Positions 26,978 through 40,187 are shown, counted from the whole stretch's first letter. The stretch: DNA of 63,702 nt, filler included, from Reticulomyxa filosa (GCA_000512085.1; 19 parts of 19 records of this genome joined end to end with filler, not necessarily neighbours in it), one strand, 5' to 3'. The notes: generated by a model from the sequence alone, not told the origin. Made by a program: numbers and translations.

Positions 26978-28200
26978 TCACGTTTTCTCAACGTTTTTTG
27001 TATCTCCAGCAATGTTGGTGCTATCATTTTCAATGACGGGAAAATTGAGCATATCAAGAACAGCACCATCTGTTGTTTCTTTTTCAGGTTCCATCTTCTT
27101 GAATAACTCCGAATCGCTATTTGAGTTTCGTTTGTTGACCGAATTTGGGATGTTATTGACGCTTTCTACAATTTTACTTTGCGTTGGTTGGGTCCCAGTA
27201 TTTCCTTCTTGATCCGTATCCTATTATCCGATTTCCCCCCCCCTCTTTTTTTTTCTCCCTCTTCCGTAAAGCGTTTGTATTATCAAAAAAAAAAAAGTAA
27301 CGTGACAACTTAACTGTTTCATGCCCACCTTCTTGTTGAGTAGTATCGTGTGGGGCGTCAGCACTCGCGATCGCCATAAGTTGGACTAGATTGGCATCGG
27401 CGGGTCTGTTTTGGTTTTGTGTCATTAATGCCTTAATGGTTAGCTTTGTACGACAATAAAAACCAGCAAATGCAATGCATCCAATTAATATGACTACCGC
27501 TAGAACGATAATAACATAAAACAGCGCTGAGTTATTACCTGATTTACTTTTCGACGTCTCTTTATTGGGTGACGTTGCTTCATTCCGCCATTGTAACGTG
27601 TAACCAACAAACACACAGCCAATCAAACACAGTGAACAAACAGATATTATTTACAACTTACAAGGACTCGAGATAATGGTTGAATCGGACGAAGGTGCAG
27701 AGGTTGGTTGAGTTGGGCTTTGAGTTGTTTCAATTATATCATATTAGCAACAACAATAGTAATAATAATCATTATTAGTTTTCTTTTTCACAGATATTGA
27801 TATTATACATAAACATCACAAAACACAAAAGTCGGTAATGGGTTTGGCCTTGCAGTCGATGGTTCTACGTTGCAAAAATGACCACAGCATATTCATTTGT
27901 ACGTATACATAAAAAAAAAAAAAAAAAAATTTAAATTGTGTAGTAGCATATATATATATGTATATATATATACATTTATACAGACATAGATATATAAACC
28001 AAACGATTAGAAGGCGCATTGGTTCTTGTTGGTTGGCTGGTAATATATTATATGTGTATGCACATGTATTGTATATATGGGTGTATATACTAAATATTGT
28101 TACTGCACCCAGTGGCACACGTATAAGCAAAAATGTTTGCAACACAAGGGTCGGTATACGTCGCGACAACAACAACAATGTATATTTTGATACAACTAGT
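26978..28200 (-). CDS. Single-pass membrane protein (multi-exon, structure uncertain)
   Basis: TM segment ALFYVIIVLAVVILIGCIAFAGFYC. Last exon ends NIAGDTKNVEKT*; upstream Cys- and Thr/Pro-rich small exons. Confidence 0.5.
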
Positions 28201-28407
28201 CACAAAATAGTGCGTAAACAATGAGACTATTTGAAGCGCAACTATGCCGTTTTTAACTTGTACAAAAGTTGTTCATTAGCTCTCTCTCTCTCCCCTCCTC
28301 TTTTTTTNNNNNNNNNNNNNNNNNNNNNNNNNNNNNNNNNNNNNNNNNNNNTTAATTAATTAANNNNNNNNNNNNNNNNNNNNNNNNNNNNNNNNNNNNN
28401 NNNNNNN

Positions 28408-28548
28408 CCCATTCTGGAAAGCAACCGCCACCTGCGCGACGTGCTGACGGCGGCCGGGGCGCAGGTGCAGTACGCCGAGTTTGCCGCCGGCCATGATCGC
28501 CTGCACTGGCTGGCCACGCTGCCGTACGGGGTACTGGCTTTGCAGTAG
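28408..28548 (+). CDS. Bacterial enterochelin-esterase-like alpha/beta hydrolase, C-terminal fragment
   Basis: PILESNRHLRDVLTAAGAQVQYAEFAAGHDRLHWLATLPYGVLALQ* matches the Fes-like C-terminus, including the catalytic-His motif (xGHD...W). Not in the ORF track because it has no start codon. Confidence 0.75.
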   Translation, partial: PILESNRHLRDVLTAAGAQVQYAEFAAGHDRLHWLATLPYGVLALQ

Positions 28549-28648
28549 ACGTTTTTGTCCGATTACGGTCACCTGCTTGTGCCCGGTGCCAGCTGCAGTA
28601 GCATGCTGCTGCCGGGCGCGCTGCCTTTCAGGCCATTTTCCAGGCAAA

Positions 28649-28667
28649 ATTAGACTAAATGTCTAAT
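28649..28667. promoter_or_regulatory. Perfect palindrome, candidate operator 1
   Basis: ATTAGAC-TAAAT-GTCTAAT (7-bp arms, GAC-N5-GTC core). Confidence 0.55.
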
Positions 28668-28711
28668 AATTGGCTTTGGACAGCTTTTTGCAACACAGTA
28701 TTGGCCTATTT

Positions 28712-28752
28712 TGACGGCAATGTTTGACAGATTGTCGTCAGATTTGTATCGT
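28712..28752 (+). promoter_or_regulatory. sigma70 promoter of leuA, with an inverted repeat (candidate operator 2) around the -35 box
   Basis: TTGACA (28724-28729), 17-bp spacer, TATCGT (28747-28752). Arms TGACGGCAAT (28712-28721) and ATTGTCGTCA (28731-28740) are 9/10 complementary. A nested GAC-N5-GTC lies at 28726-28736. Confidence 0.7.
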
Positions 28753-28780
28753 GAACCCATAACAAGACAGGAGCAGCAGC

Positions 28781-29816
28781 ATGCAATTGGACATCGAACG
28801 TCTAATCGAGGATTTTGGTGGCCCCGGTACGCTCGCGGAAGCGTTGACGGTGGCCTTTCCCGATGAGCCGGTGTCCCGTGCTGCCATCTACAAATGGCGC
28901 GAGCGCGGCACTTTGCCGCTGGCACAGCTGAACAAGCTGGCCAAACTCGCCGCCGATCAGGGCAAGCGTTTCGATTTCAACGACTATCTGGCCGGGGCAC
29001 AACCCGCGGCACAATGGAGATCACCAGACATGGGCGACCGTCTTTACATTTTCGATACCACCCTGCGTGACGGCGAGCAATCGCCGGGCGCGGCCATGAC
29101 CAAAGAAGAAAAAGTACGTATCGCCCGCCAGCTGGAGCGCCTGGGTGTAGACGTGATCGAGGCCGGTTTTGCTGCCGCCAGCCCGGGCGACGCCGACGCC
29201 ATCCGCGCCATCGCCGAGGTGATCAAGGATTCCACTGTCTGTAGCCTGGCGCGTGCCAACGAGCGCGACATTCGCGCCGCCGGCGAAGCCATCGCCCCGG
29301 CCCCGAAAAAACGCATTCACACCTTCATCGCCACCAGCCCGATCCACATGGAGAAAAAGCTGCGCATGACGCCGGATGAAGTGGTGGAAGCCGCTGTGAA
29401 GGCCGTCAAACTGGCGCGCGAATACACCGACGACGTGGAATTCTCTGCCGAAGACGCGCTGCGCTCCGATATCGATTTCCTGGCCCGCATTTTCGGTGAA
29501 GTGATCAAGGCTGGCGCCAGCACGCTGAACGTGCCGGATACCGTCGGCTACGCCGTCCCGCGCGTCACCGAAGCCTTCTTCCGCGAGCTGATCGCCAAGA
29601 CGCCGGGCGGCGACAAGGTGATCTGGTCTGCCCACTGCCATAACGACCTGGGCATGGCGGTGGCCAACAGCCTGGCCGCCGTACTGGGCGGTGCCCGTCA
29701 GGTAGAGTGCACCATCAACGGCCTGGGCGAACGCGCCGGCAACGCCGCGATGGAAGAAATCGTGATGGCGGTGAAAACCCGCAAGGACGTGTTCGGCGTG
29801 GAAACCGGCGTCGATG
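28781..29816 (+). CDS. leuA: 2-isopropylmalate synthase with an N-terminal Cro-like HTH extension (bacterial, 3' truncated by the contig end)
   Basis: [21 protein letters not shown] and GLGERAGNA motifs. The first ~70 aa ([18 protein letters not shown]...[16 protein letters not shown]) are Cro/YdaS-like. SD AGGAG at 28769-28773; second SD GGAGA at 29016-29020 before an in-frame ATG at 29030. GC-rich, intronless. Confidence 0.95.
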
Positions 29817-30220
29817 NNNNNNNNNNNNNNNNNNNNNNNNNNNNNNNNNNNNNNNNNNNNTTAATTAATTAANNNNNNNNNNNNNNNNNNNNNNNNNNNN
29901 NNNNNNNNNNNNNNNNAAAAAAAAAAGGTACAACGAAGAAAAAAGAAACGAGCAAAAAACATACAACAAAAACAACTAGGAAACCAAAGAAATTTGTGCT
30001 GTGAGTGAACGAAAATAAATTATCGATCAAACTTTGATCCTGGCCTTTTCGAAAATTGAGAAACAAGGGATTGTGCAATTGCAATTGTGTGAATTTTTAA
30101 ATTTTCGCGGAGATTTTAGTTTGTGTAAAATTGAGATTGTTCTCGAGTGCAATTGTGACATCAATTTTATAATTTGAGAAAGTATCATAATAATCAAAAA
30201 AAAAAAAAAAAAAAGCGAGT

Positions 30221-32415
30221 ATGCAAACGCCAATGAACCACAATAGTAATACTAATAATAACAATAACAAAGAAAACTTGAAAATAAAAGACGTGGCGCC
30301 AGCGACCGAAGAAAAGAAAGAAAGTGGCGTGTCCACCGCCGATGAGATATATAGCCCCACTTTCGATTCGCCAAAGGGAGGTTTGGCTAGTGGACAGCAC
30401 GTGTACGGAATTGTGTTGCATGGATTCTTGAAAACGAGATACGTCGACACGAGCACCCAAGACAAAAAGTCCATTTTCACATTCAAGTCCTCTTGGAAGC
30501 TAAGGTACAAAACACGTATACTATCATCTTGCATTTTGTGTATGATATCTATTTGTACTGTTTTTGTGTTTTCATGTTTTTTTTTTTTTTAATTTTTTTT
30601 TTAGCTTTTTAACATTCTTTCATTCACAGTGATGTGGTATTTTGAATAAGGTACTGGAGATTGTCGCTGACTGATGATGGGCTTATTTTTGAAAGTTACT
30701 TTTTTCATATGCGCCTGCTCTTCTCTTTTTTTCTTTTTTTTTTTTGGTTCCCACCCCCTTCCCTCCCCCCATCCCCTGCTACTGCCAACCTCTTTTTATC
30801 AATAAGCACATTGAAACATACATTAGAGAGCCGTCGTGCAGACACAAGCCCATATAAAGGCATCCTCTTGCCATTTGGAAAAACTTCGGTTTGGGAAAAC
30901 TGGGGCAAACGTGGAGATAGCAAATATTGCTTTGGGTATATATACGAATATGTTTTTTCTTCTTCTATCTCCCCTTTTTTTTTTTTTAAAAATAAAGTTT
31001 TCAACCTTTTTTTTTTAACCAAAAAAAAAAAAAAACAAGATTTACCCTGCGTGTATCATCTGCCAAGTTGCAAATGGAAGCAGCAGTAGATTCCGAAGCG
31101 TGCCGTCGTCGATGGTTAAATGTCCTCCAAATTGCATTTTCCAGCAATGTTCAGGTCACACAGCACAGACAGTTTTTTTTTTATGTGTTGACGTATACTT
31201 ACAATGACAACAACTAAAAATTAAGAGTTTTTTTTTCTTTTTTTGTGTTTTGTTATTTTTCGGAAGAAAAAAAATTAAAAGATGATTTAAAGGTTTTTTT
31301 TTTTTTTTTTTTTTTTGGGAAAAAAAAAAAAAAAAACAGGATACTAAAGAATTGGTAAAATATCTAGCGCAAAAAGCTAGCGACCATCTATCGAATATGA
31401 CGGATGCGGGTGACAAGCATTGTTCAAAGTCGCGATCGTTGATGAACTTGCAGGTAGGGGACAGATATTTGTCCGGGAGCGAGAATAGCGCATCGTGGAA
31501 TGAACTGAAGCCGACAGCACAGCAGTTGATGTCGAACGTGAATGCCAACCGCTTGAACTCGAACCACGCGACGGATACCATAAGTATTCGTGCGCACACA
31601 CACACGCGCACGGACACAGACAAGACACGGCGCAGTCACAGTGTGGAAGATGACTACGATTGGAAGTCAGTGGAAGAGATTGCTCGCGATGATAATACCA
31701 TTCCGAGAAGATACAATGCAGATTTGTACGATCATGACGGGTTCATCAATGATCGCTTGGACAAAACGTACTCGCTTCGTGGTGTCAATGGCTTGCCTGA
31801 TGCGATTGACGAAGTGGAGGGTGAAGAAGAAGAAGCCAGTGTGGGCAGTGATAAAAACAAAGTGACAAAGGGGAAAAGTCGACCCAGTGCTCATGGTGTG
31901 TTGGGTCTTTCCAGCGGTAGCAAGGAAGTTTTGGCTCAACAACAATCTTCTTTCCAAAAGGACACCGGCCAAATGGCGACCTCGGATCATAACAATGCTC
32001 GGCAGACGTCATCACAGATTACTCTTAATATCAGCAGTGGACGAGATGATGCAACCAACTCCTATGCTGCTCCGGGCAATGATAATCAGAGTGTACATAG
32101 CAATGAGGACGGTTATCTTTCTCAGCAAACCTCACTTCATTCCTGTCATACTGTTTTGGATATTTTGAATGAAACAAACTCGAGTCTCCTCATTGTCGAT
32201 GATAAACAACAGGTAAGTATTCTTCTATATATCTTTTGACAAAAATCCGTTCAAACATTAAACTTTGCACACAATAACATACACACATGCACGGGCGTGT
32301 ACATTGTCATGCATTGGCCTTGTTGGGATTACTCGTACAATTTTCCTAGCTTCCCTTTTCTACTCCTCAGGATGTTGACGACAACATCAGCAACAAGGAT
32401 AACCAGAATACATAA
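30221..32415 (+). CDS. PH-domain protein with a disordered C-terminus (multi-exon)
   Basis: Spliced VLHGFLKTR...SWKLR|YWRLSLTDDGLIF|...YKGILL...|FTLRVSSAKLQMEAAVDSEACRRRWLNVLQIAF shows PH strands and the C-terminal Trp helix. Long exon 31340-32211; last exon 32371-32415. Confidence 0.78.
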
Positions 32416-32850
32416 AATCTCTGTGCTATCAGCACAAAATTCCAAGCAATAAGCGTGCTGTTTTAAATTTTTTTTGTTGGCTTTTTATTTTTGCTGCTAC
32501 TACTTTGTTCAAATTCTTTCTTTTTTTTTTTTTTGTACAATTTTCTCATCTTCTGAGCCCAAATATCAAGGAGATGCGCCCAATTGTCACAAAAAAAAAA
32601 TTGAACCAAATCTCTTTATCTTATTGTAGAGTAAATGAAATAGCGAATAACGAAGTAGGTGGTCATTAAAAAAGAGAAATAGTGTGTCCATTGTAAAAAA
32701 CTTTATTTGTTAGGATATTAGGTTTCATTTCGTAGAGGCTTGACAAAAATAACAAAAAACAAAAAGCTGTACATCAATAAAATATAAAAATTCAGAGAAT
32801 TTAGCGTTGCTTTTTAAAAAATCGAACTCTATAGTTGTGTTTATTACAAA

Positions 32851-35061
32851 TCACAACCTTACCCAAAGGTGAATTGGTTTATCCCAAGAAGATAACAAAA
32901 TTGTGTGACCATCTGGTGAAACGTCCAGCCCAGTTATCCAGTCGGCATGTACATCTAATTTCTGGATTTCTACACCTAATTTTATATCCCACAACCGAAT
33001 GGTTTTATCAGTTGAACAAGATACAATAGTTTGACAGTCTGGAAAAAATCTGATATCTTTTACCGGTTTTGAATGTCCTTCAAATTTTTGTAATTCTTTT
33101 CCTGATGTAACATCCCATAATCGAATAGTATTATCATCAGAAGAAGAAACAATAAAATGATTATTTGAAGAAAAGAAAGCTTTTGTCACAGAATCAGAAT
33201 GTCCTTTTAATAATTGAAATAAATTACCAGATTGTAAATCCCAAATACCAATAGTATTATCATTAGATGATGATACAATATATTTATTATTTGATGAAAA
33301 TTGAACATTATTTATCCATAATGAATGTCCTTCTAATTTTTTAATTTCTTTTCCGGAATATACATTCCATATTCGAATTGTTGTATCATAAGAACAAGAA
33401 ACAATCATATTACAGTCTAACGAAAATGTAGCACAAGTTACATAATCAGAATGTCCTTGTAATTTTTTAATTTCATTTCCTTCTGATCTAATATCCCATA
33501 ATCGAATAGTTCCATCTTCTGAACATGAAACAATCATATTACCATCTGATGAAAACTCTACATTATAAACAGAATGTGTATGCCCTTTTAATGTTTTAAT
33601 TACTTTTCCTGACGTTATGTCCCATATTTCAATTATTTTTTCAGCTGAAGATGAAACAATTTTAGTACCATCAGGTGAAAATTTTGCATTATTTATATAT
33701 ACAGAATATTCTTGAAAATATTTTAAAGGTTTAAAATATTTTTGCTATTTATTTATCAGTTTTTTTTTTTAAAAATAAACAAATAAATAAACTATAATTA
33801 CATACCAAAATATATCGGAATATGATAATTGTAATATCATTGACCCATCTTTTGATAGATAATAAATGTATCCAATATCTCATTATTATTGTAATTTCTT
33901 TTGTTTTCTTTTTTTAGTGTATATATTATGATTGTCAAAAGATTAATTAACAAATAATTTTTTTTTAACTTTTAATTTTTTAATGTCAAATCCTTCTGTC
34001 AGATCTTTTTGAATATCTTCATCTTCTTTTCTTTCTTCTTCTTCTTCAAACCATTTTTTTTCCATTTGTGTCATATCTTTTTTCCATTCTTTTACATTTG
34101 TAATTATGTTTGTTGATAATTCTTTCATTTTAACAGATCCTCCAAGAATAAATATAAACTTATTATCTTCACTCAATATTGCAGTAGAATATGCTAATAT
34201 ATATGGTAAAGTTTGTTCATATTTTATCCATTTATCTTTTTGAATTGAATAACTATAAATATCTTTTGATATATTAATCCCCGATATATCATTTCCACCA
34301 AAAAACAAGATAATATCATCAACATAAAGATATGAATATGAATACAATGACCTAATAGCTGTGCAAATTCGTATATCAGTAAATTGAAAAATATTTTGTT
34401 CTTCATTATATTTAATCTTTAAACCGTTTTTACTATGAAATAAATACATTTCTTTTTCTTTATTTGATATGAAACAATGAAATCTTATCGATGTAGTAAT
34501 TGGTAATATATCACGTTTAATATATTTATACGTATTTAAATCGAGTATATCAATATTTTGTGGATAATAAGTAATAAATAACAAATTATTTTTATTTCCA
34601 CCAACTATTGCACGTGCTCCCATATAACTATCTTTTTCGCTTCTAATATAAATGCTGCTATTATTATCATCAGTTAAAGATGTCCACTCATTTTTGACTT
34701 CTTCATTATTCTCCCAAACACTTTTATATTTCATTACTAATGTAAGTGTATTTGTAAAATCAAATCCTCCAAAAGATAATAAAGTAATATCATTTAAATT
34801 TTCTTTATTCAAAAGTTTTACTACACAATGTCCATATAATGACATTTTCTTTGGATAACAACAAATGTATTTATATTTTTTTGTTGGAATGTGATAAGAA
34901 TAACATTTACTATTATTATCACCTCCACATATAAGAATTTCTTGTTTATGTGCAACACATGCAGGAGTTTTAAGTGGGTATGGTAAAGGAGGCAGAGTTT
35001 GAAAAAGAAGTTTTGTGGAGAGATGTCCAATTTCTTCTACTTTCATGTCAGTTGAAGTCAT
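32851..35061 (-). CDS. Kelch-like propeller + helical linker + WD40 propeller fusion protein
   Basis: Exon 1 has Kelch-type repeats (ILICGG, LLSFGG, ILFFGG, IFILGG). A 102-nt exon (33806-33907) encodes KTKEITIIMRYWIHLLSIKRWVNDITIIIFRYIL. The final exon carries seven WD40 repeats. Splice sites are phase 0 and in frame. Confidence 0.82.
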
Positions 35062-36573
35062 TCTCTTTTTTGCCAAAACAAAAAAACTCGAATCACAAAT
35101 TGTGATATATTTAGTTTGACGCCTTAAGAATTTTTTAATAAAAGTGAAACCCTGTCACGAAAACTGTGACTTATCAGTTTGAATAGTTGTAGTGATTGTT
35201 ATAAGCAGTTTTTAAATTAATTATATTTCCAGAAAAAATGAAAAATCAACGGAAAATAAAGGTTCTCTCTAACTGGATGGCATCCCTTTGTTCAAATCAA
35301 AGCAAATTATTTGTCTTGTTTGTAATTACTGTGAATGATAATCAGAATAATTGTTTACTTGTAAAGTTTTCAATGCTTGTTGATATACAAAAGAAAACTG
35401 ATAATACCCTTTAAGTTAATTAAAATGGTTGCTCGCCACTATAAGAAGCTGGAACACAACAAAGTGCCTTTTTACTTCAAACGTACAACTGCGTCGAAAA
35501 TTAATTTGTTGGACAAATCCCTACAATATATGGCGAAACTTTCAACAAATGACACTTCCTCTTTTCTTGTTTTCTTTTTTTTTTGTATTTTGTGAATTAA
35601 CTCTATTTAATTCAGTTCATTTTACTGAAATTTGTTTTTGGAACAATTTCCTTCACATTACATTTAGTTGCGATCACTGTTTCCAAATTCTGCTGTTTTC
35701 ATATTCCAGATATGGCGTATCAGTGATTGATTAAGTGATATTTAGCTGTTTCATATAGCGATGTTTAGAAAAGACAATCAAATGAATAGATTATATCATA
35801 TTCGTTCAAAATGAATTTGAGTTGCTTGTAATTTATATTGAATTCGGTACTTTTGCCATATCAATTTGCAACAATTGATATTGTCCTGTTGCAATTACTG
35901 CATAAAAAAATACTTACTTCTTGATTTGATTCATTTGCAATTCTTTAATTGATTTCAGAGAGTTATGTTCAATCATTTTATTGATTCGTTAATATTTTTG
36001 TTTAGTTGCCTTCATCTGCTATTTCATTCTATAATATATTTGTAATGACAATCTACACTATCCAATAGTGTGCAACTCTGTTTTCCACGACGTAAACACA
36101 GAAATTTCTGTGGCATAACTTTTGCTCTTTTTACGTAGAAATTTAAGCAAAAAGTTCTTTTCGTTTATCTTATCCGTTCCTCTAATGTCGGAGGCACTTT
36201 GATTAATTCGATGTTTTCTGTTTATCAATAATTATCTTGTGAAACGAACCGTTCCTCTAATAAGATGACGGACTTAATTTGATGATGTCCTGTTTTTGTT
36301 TACTTAAATGAGTTATTTAAAAAAGATTTAACAATAACAGCAATTCTGTAAAATGAGCAAATAATTTGGGCTTGCACGCAATGAAAAAAAAAAAAACATT
36401 GTTCGGACTGCGAATGCATGATATATAATGTGAAAATAGTAATAGATTAGAGCCAATGAATAACAAAGAAAGTTGTCGATAATCAGACCCACACGAAAAG
36501 AATGTTTCATGTTTTCTTTATAAATGAAAAAGAAAACAATTATTTTGTTTTGTTTTGTTTAATGCGCTATATT

Positions 36574-37746
36574 TCATCCCCAGAGCCGAATTGTCTTGTC
36601 ATGTGAAAAGGAAACAATTTTGCTACCATCTGGAGAAATGCTTAATCCTGCTACACATTCTGTATGTCCTTCCAAGATTTGCAATGTTTCACCAGATTTG
36701 ATGTCCCACAATCGAATAGTTTTATCCCATGAACAAGAAGCAATAGTTTGATCATCCGGTAAAAATGTCACATCATTTATCCAATGGGAATGCCCTTCCA
36801 ATTTTTTGATCTCTTTTCCAGTCTTTACATTCCACAATCGAATTGTTTTATCACATGAACATGACACAAGCAAAAGACCATCTTCAGAAATGTGTACACT
36901 TAATACATCGGCACAATGCCCCGTAAGTGTATGCAGTCTTTTGCCTGTTTGTACTTCCCATACTCCAATTGTGCTGTCATGGCATGACGACACAATCAAT
37001 TGTCCATCAATTGAAAATTGTACATCATTTACCGAATGAGAATGTCCTTCCATTTTTTTTAATCTCTTGTCCAGATTTCACATCCCATATTCGAATTGTT
37101 TTATCCCATGATCCAGACACTATGATGCTCCCATTCGATGAAAAATTGAACTTTGTCACCGGACCTAAATGTCCATCCAAGTTTCTGATTTCTTTTTGAG
37201 ATGTTGCATTCCACAACCGAATCTTGTCATTCAATGCACAAGTTGCAATTAGATTTCCATTTGGTGAAAATTGTATTTTGTTAACCCAACTTAGATATTG
37301 ATCCAATATTTGGATTGCGTTTCCTGTTGCTAAATCCCATATTCGAATTGTTGTGTCATACGATGACGAAATAATCTTAGTGCCATCTGGTGAAAATGCT
37401 ACACTTGTTAACCAATCTGAATGTCCACGAAACACTTTCAATAATTTGAAATATTTCGCCTATTGAAAGGTTACTATGTTTGCGAAATTGTAAAACTTGC
37501 AAACTCAAAAAAAAAAGACAAATAACAGAACAAACATATTTTGTAATTATCGTATTGAATTCATCAATCCATCCAAAAATTATCAATAATGACCGAAGCC
37601 AAAATTCCAAAATTTGCTTTGTCTTCTTTGTGGTCTGCGTTTGTATTTTTTTTTTTTTTTTTTCAAATTTTTTTTTTTGTTTTGAAAAATAGGTGTTACC
37701 AAAATGGTTTTATTGACCTTTTGGGCTCGTCATCCTCTAGATTCAT
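36574..37746 (-). CDS. WD40-repeat protein (frameshifts in homopolymers; possibly a pseudogene)
   Basis: Seven WD repeats over ORFs 37025-37441 and 36574-37053, which join as QEIKK/MEGHS if one base of the A run is removed. The exon at 37536-37634 encodes the family helical motif ([26 protein letters not shown]). Confidence 0.85.
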
Positions 37747-39366
37747 CCCTCCACAAATTTTACATTTCTCAAAAAAATATTCAAAATTTCTTTCGTTCGA
37801 TTTGTTATTATTTTGAAGGAAATCTTCAAGACGATTATGTGTCTCATTTTTCGTCTTTCCGACACTGTACCAGAGACCGGAATTCTTTCGCTCGTTCTGT
37901 TTTTCTTTGGAAAAATGCATCCACTATAATTTTTTGTTGTTAAATGCAAAGCTAATCCACTTACCTGACATTGTCAACGATTTATGGAAAAATTGAAGTA
38001 TTTTTTTTTTGTTAAAACCAAAAAAAAGAAGACTTTATAATTTTCAATGATTTCATTTAAATTATTTTTGGCCGTTTGGCTAATTGTTTCAGCAAGAAAA
38101 CACAATTTTTTAGTTGAGAACATCTTCAAAAGTCAAAAAATGACATATTTTTAAGATTTCCAATCGCACTTTACAAAGAGAATAAAGAAATTTTCAATTG
38201 CACACAAAAAGCTGAACATAAGACTTGTGCTAAAATGGCTTCTAAAAGAAAAAGAATAATACAGTTTTTCCGCTCAAAAGGGGTAGACCTACTGACGTGT
38301 TCTCAAAATGAACCTCTATTTTGTTGAATGATGAATTTTAATAATTTATTTAATGAAGGAACATTATGTGCTCACATTTAAAGAAATTTTTTTTGTCAAA
38401 ATTGAGTCTGTAGTGGTTCAAATTTTTTTGTTTGTGTGCACGTTTCCCGTCCACGTGCCTAACTACACAACTATCAGTTTGCTCCTTTGGGAAAATTTCA
38501 CCAATTTTGAATGTTTGCAACTCTTATTCCATACTCCAGACTTAACCTTATGTTATTGATTATTTTTGATTGTAAATGTACGGATGGCTTATATTTTGAA
38601 GAAATTTAATGTACAAACTGTTAAGTGTCAGCTGAAAACGAAATTGTAAAACTTTTTTTTTTGCAAACAAGCTAAATGCATGCCTTAGAACAATTTCTCC
38701 AAAGATCATGTCAATAAAAAATGTAACTTTCGCTTGATAAAGTGCGTTTGAAGCGCTTTTGACAAGTACTCATTTTTGTGCTCGAAAAACCATTTTGCAA
38801 ATTGGTGGGCTGTTGCAATTGTTTAGCTGCAAAATTTGCTAAGAAATCCTTGTCCGAAAAGTGATGTTATTTAATATTTCTTCAAAGCAAAAAATATCTA
38901 ATATGTTGTACGCCTTTATTCAAAATATTAGAGTGACAACTTTGCAAGAAGGTCATTTGCCTCGTTGACAAGCCGCAAAAAAACAAAACAAATTTTTAAT
39001 GAATAATCATAGTGTTCATTATCTTAGAGTAGTTGGTAACTTACTGAAAAACGTTTTTGTTCACTAATGAAAGCGTTTGAGGCGTGACAAGTTTTTTTTC
39101 TGCCGTTCTTCCCTGCTTGGCTTTACCAACTTCCTTTTTTTTTTCTTATTTCCGCCAACCATTCGTGAAGTTATCCAATCCACATCATCTCTCCTCTCTG
39201 TGTTGTTTTTTCCTTCAAAATAATATATCAATCCTACCGTTGACGTACTGTTTTCACAAGTACTCACAAAAGAATTTCGAGTTTTCCAAAAGAAAAAAGC
39301 ACACAACAAACAGAATTGTTTTTTGACTTTTCACTCAAATAGCACATTTGAAGTCCTGACCAGAAA

Positions 39367-40187
<821 letters not shown>

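Noticed and set aside
28308-29916. Horizontal transfer of leuA into the protist genome
   Set aside because: The bacterial segment is bounded by linkers on both sides; no host-bacterial junction is visible.
37045-37065. Programmed frameshift in the WD40 gene
   Set aside because: The shift sits in an A homopolymer, and similar one-base slips occur in several genes here. Sequencing error or pseudogenisation is more parsimonious.
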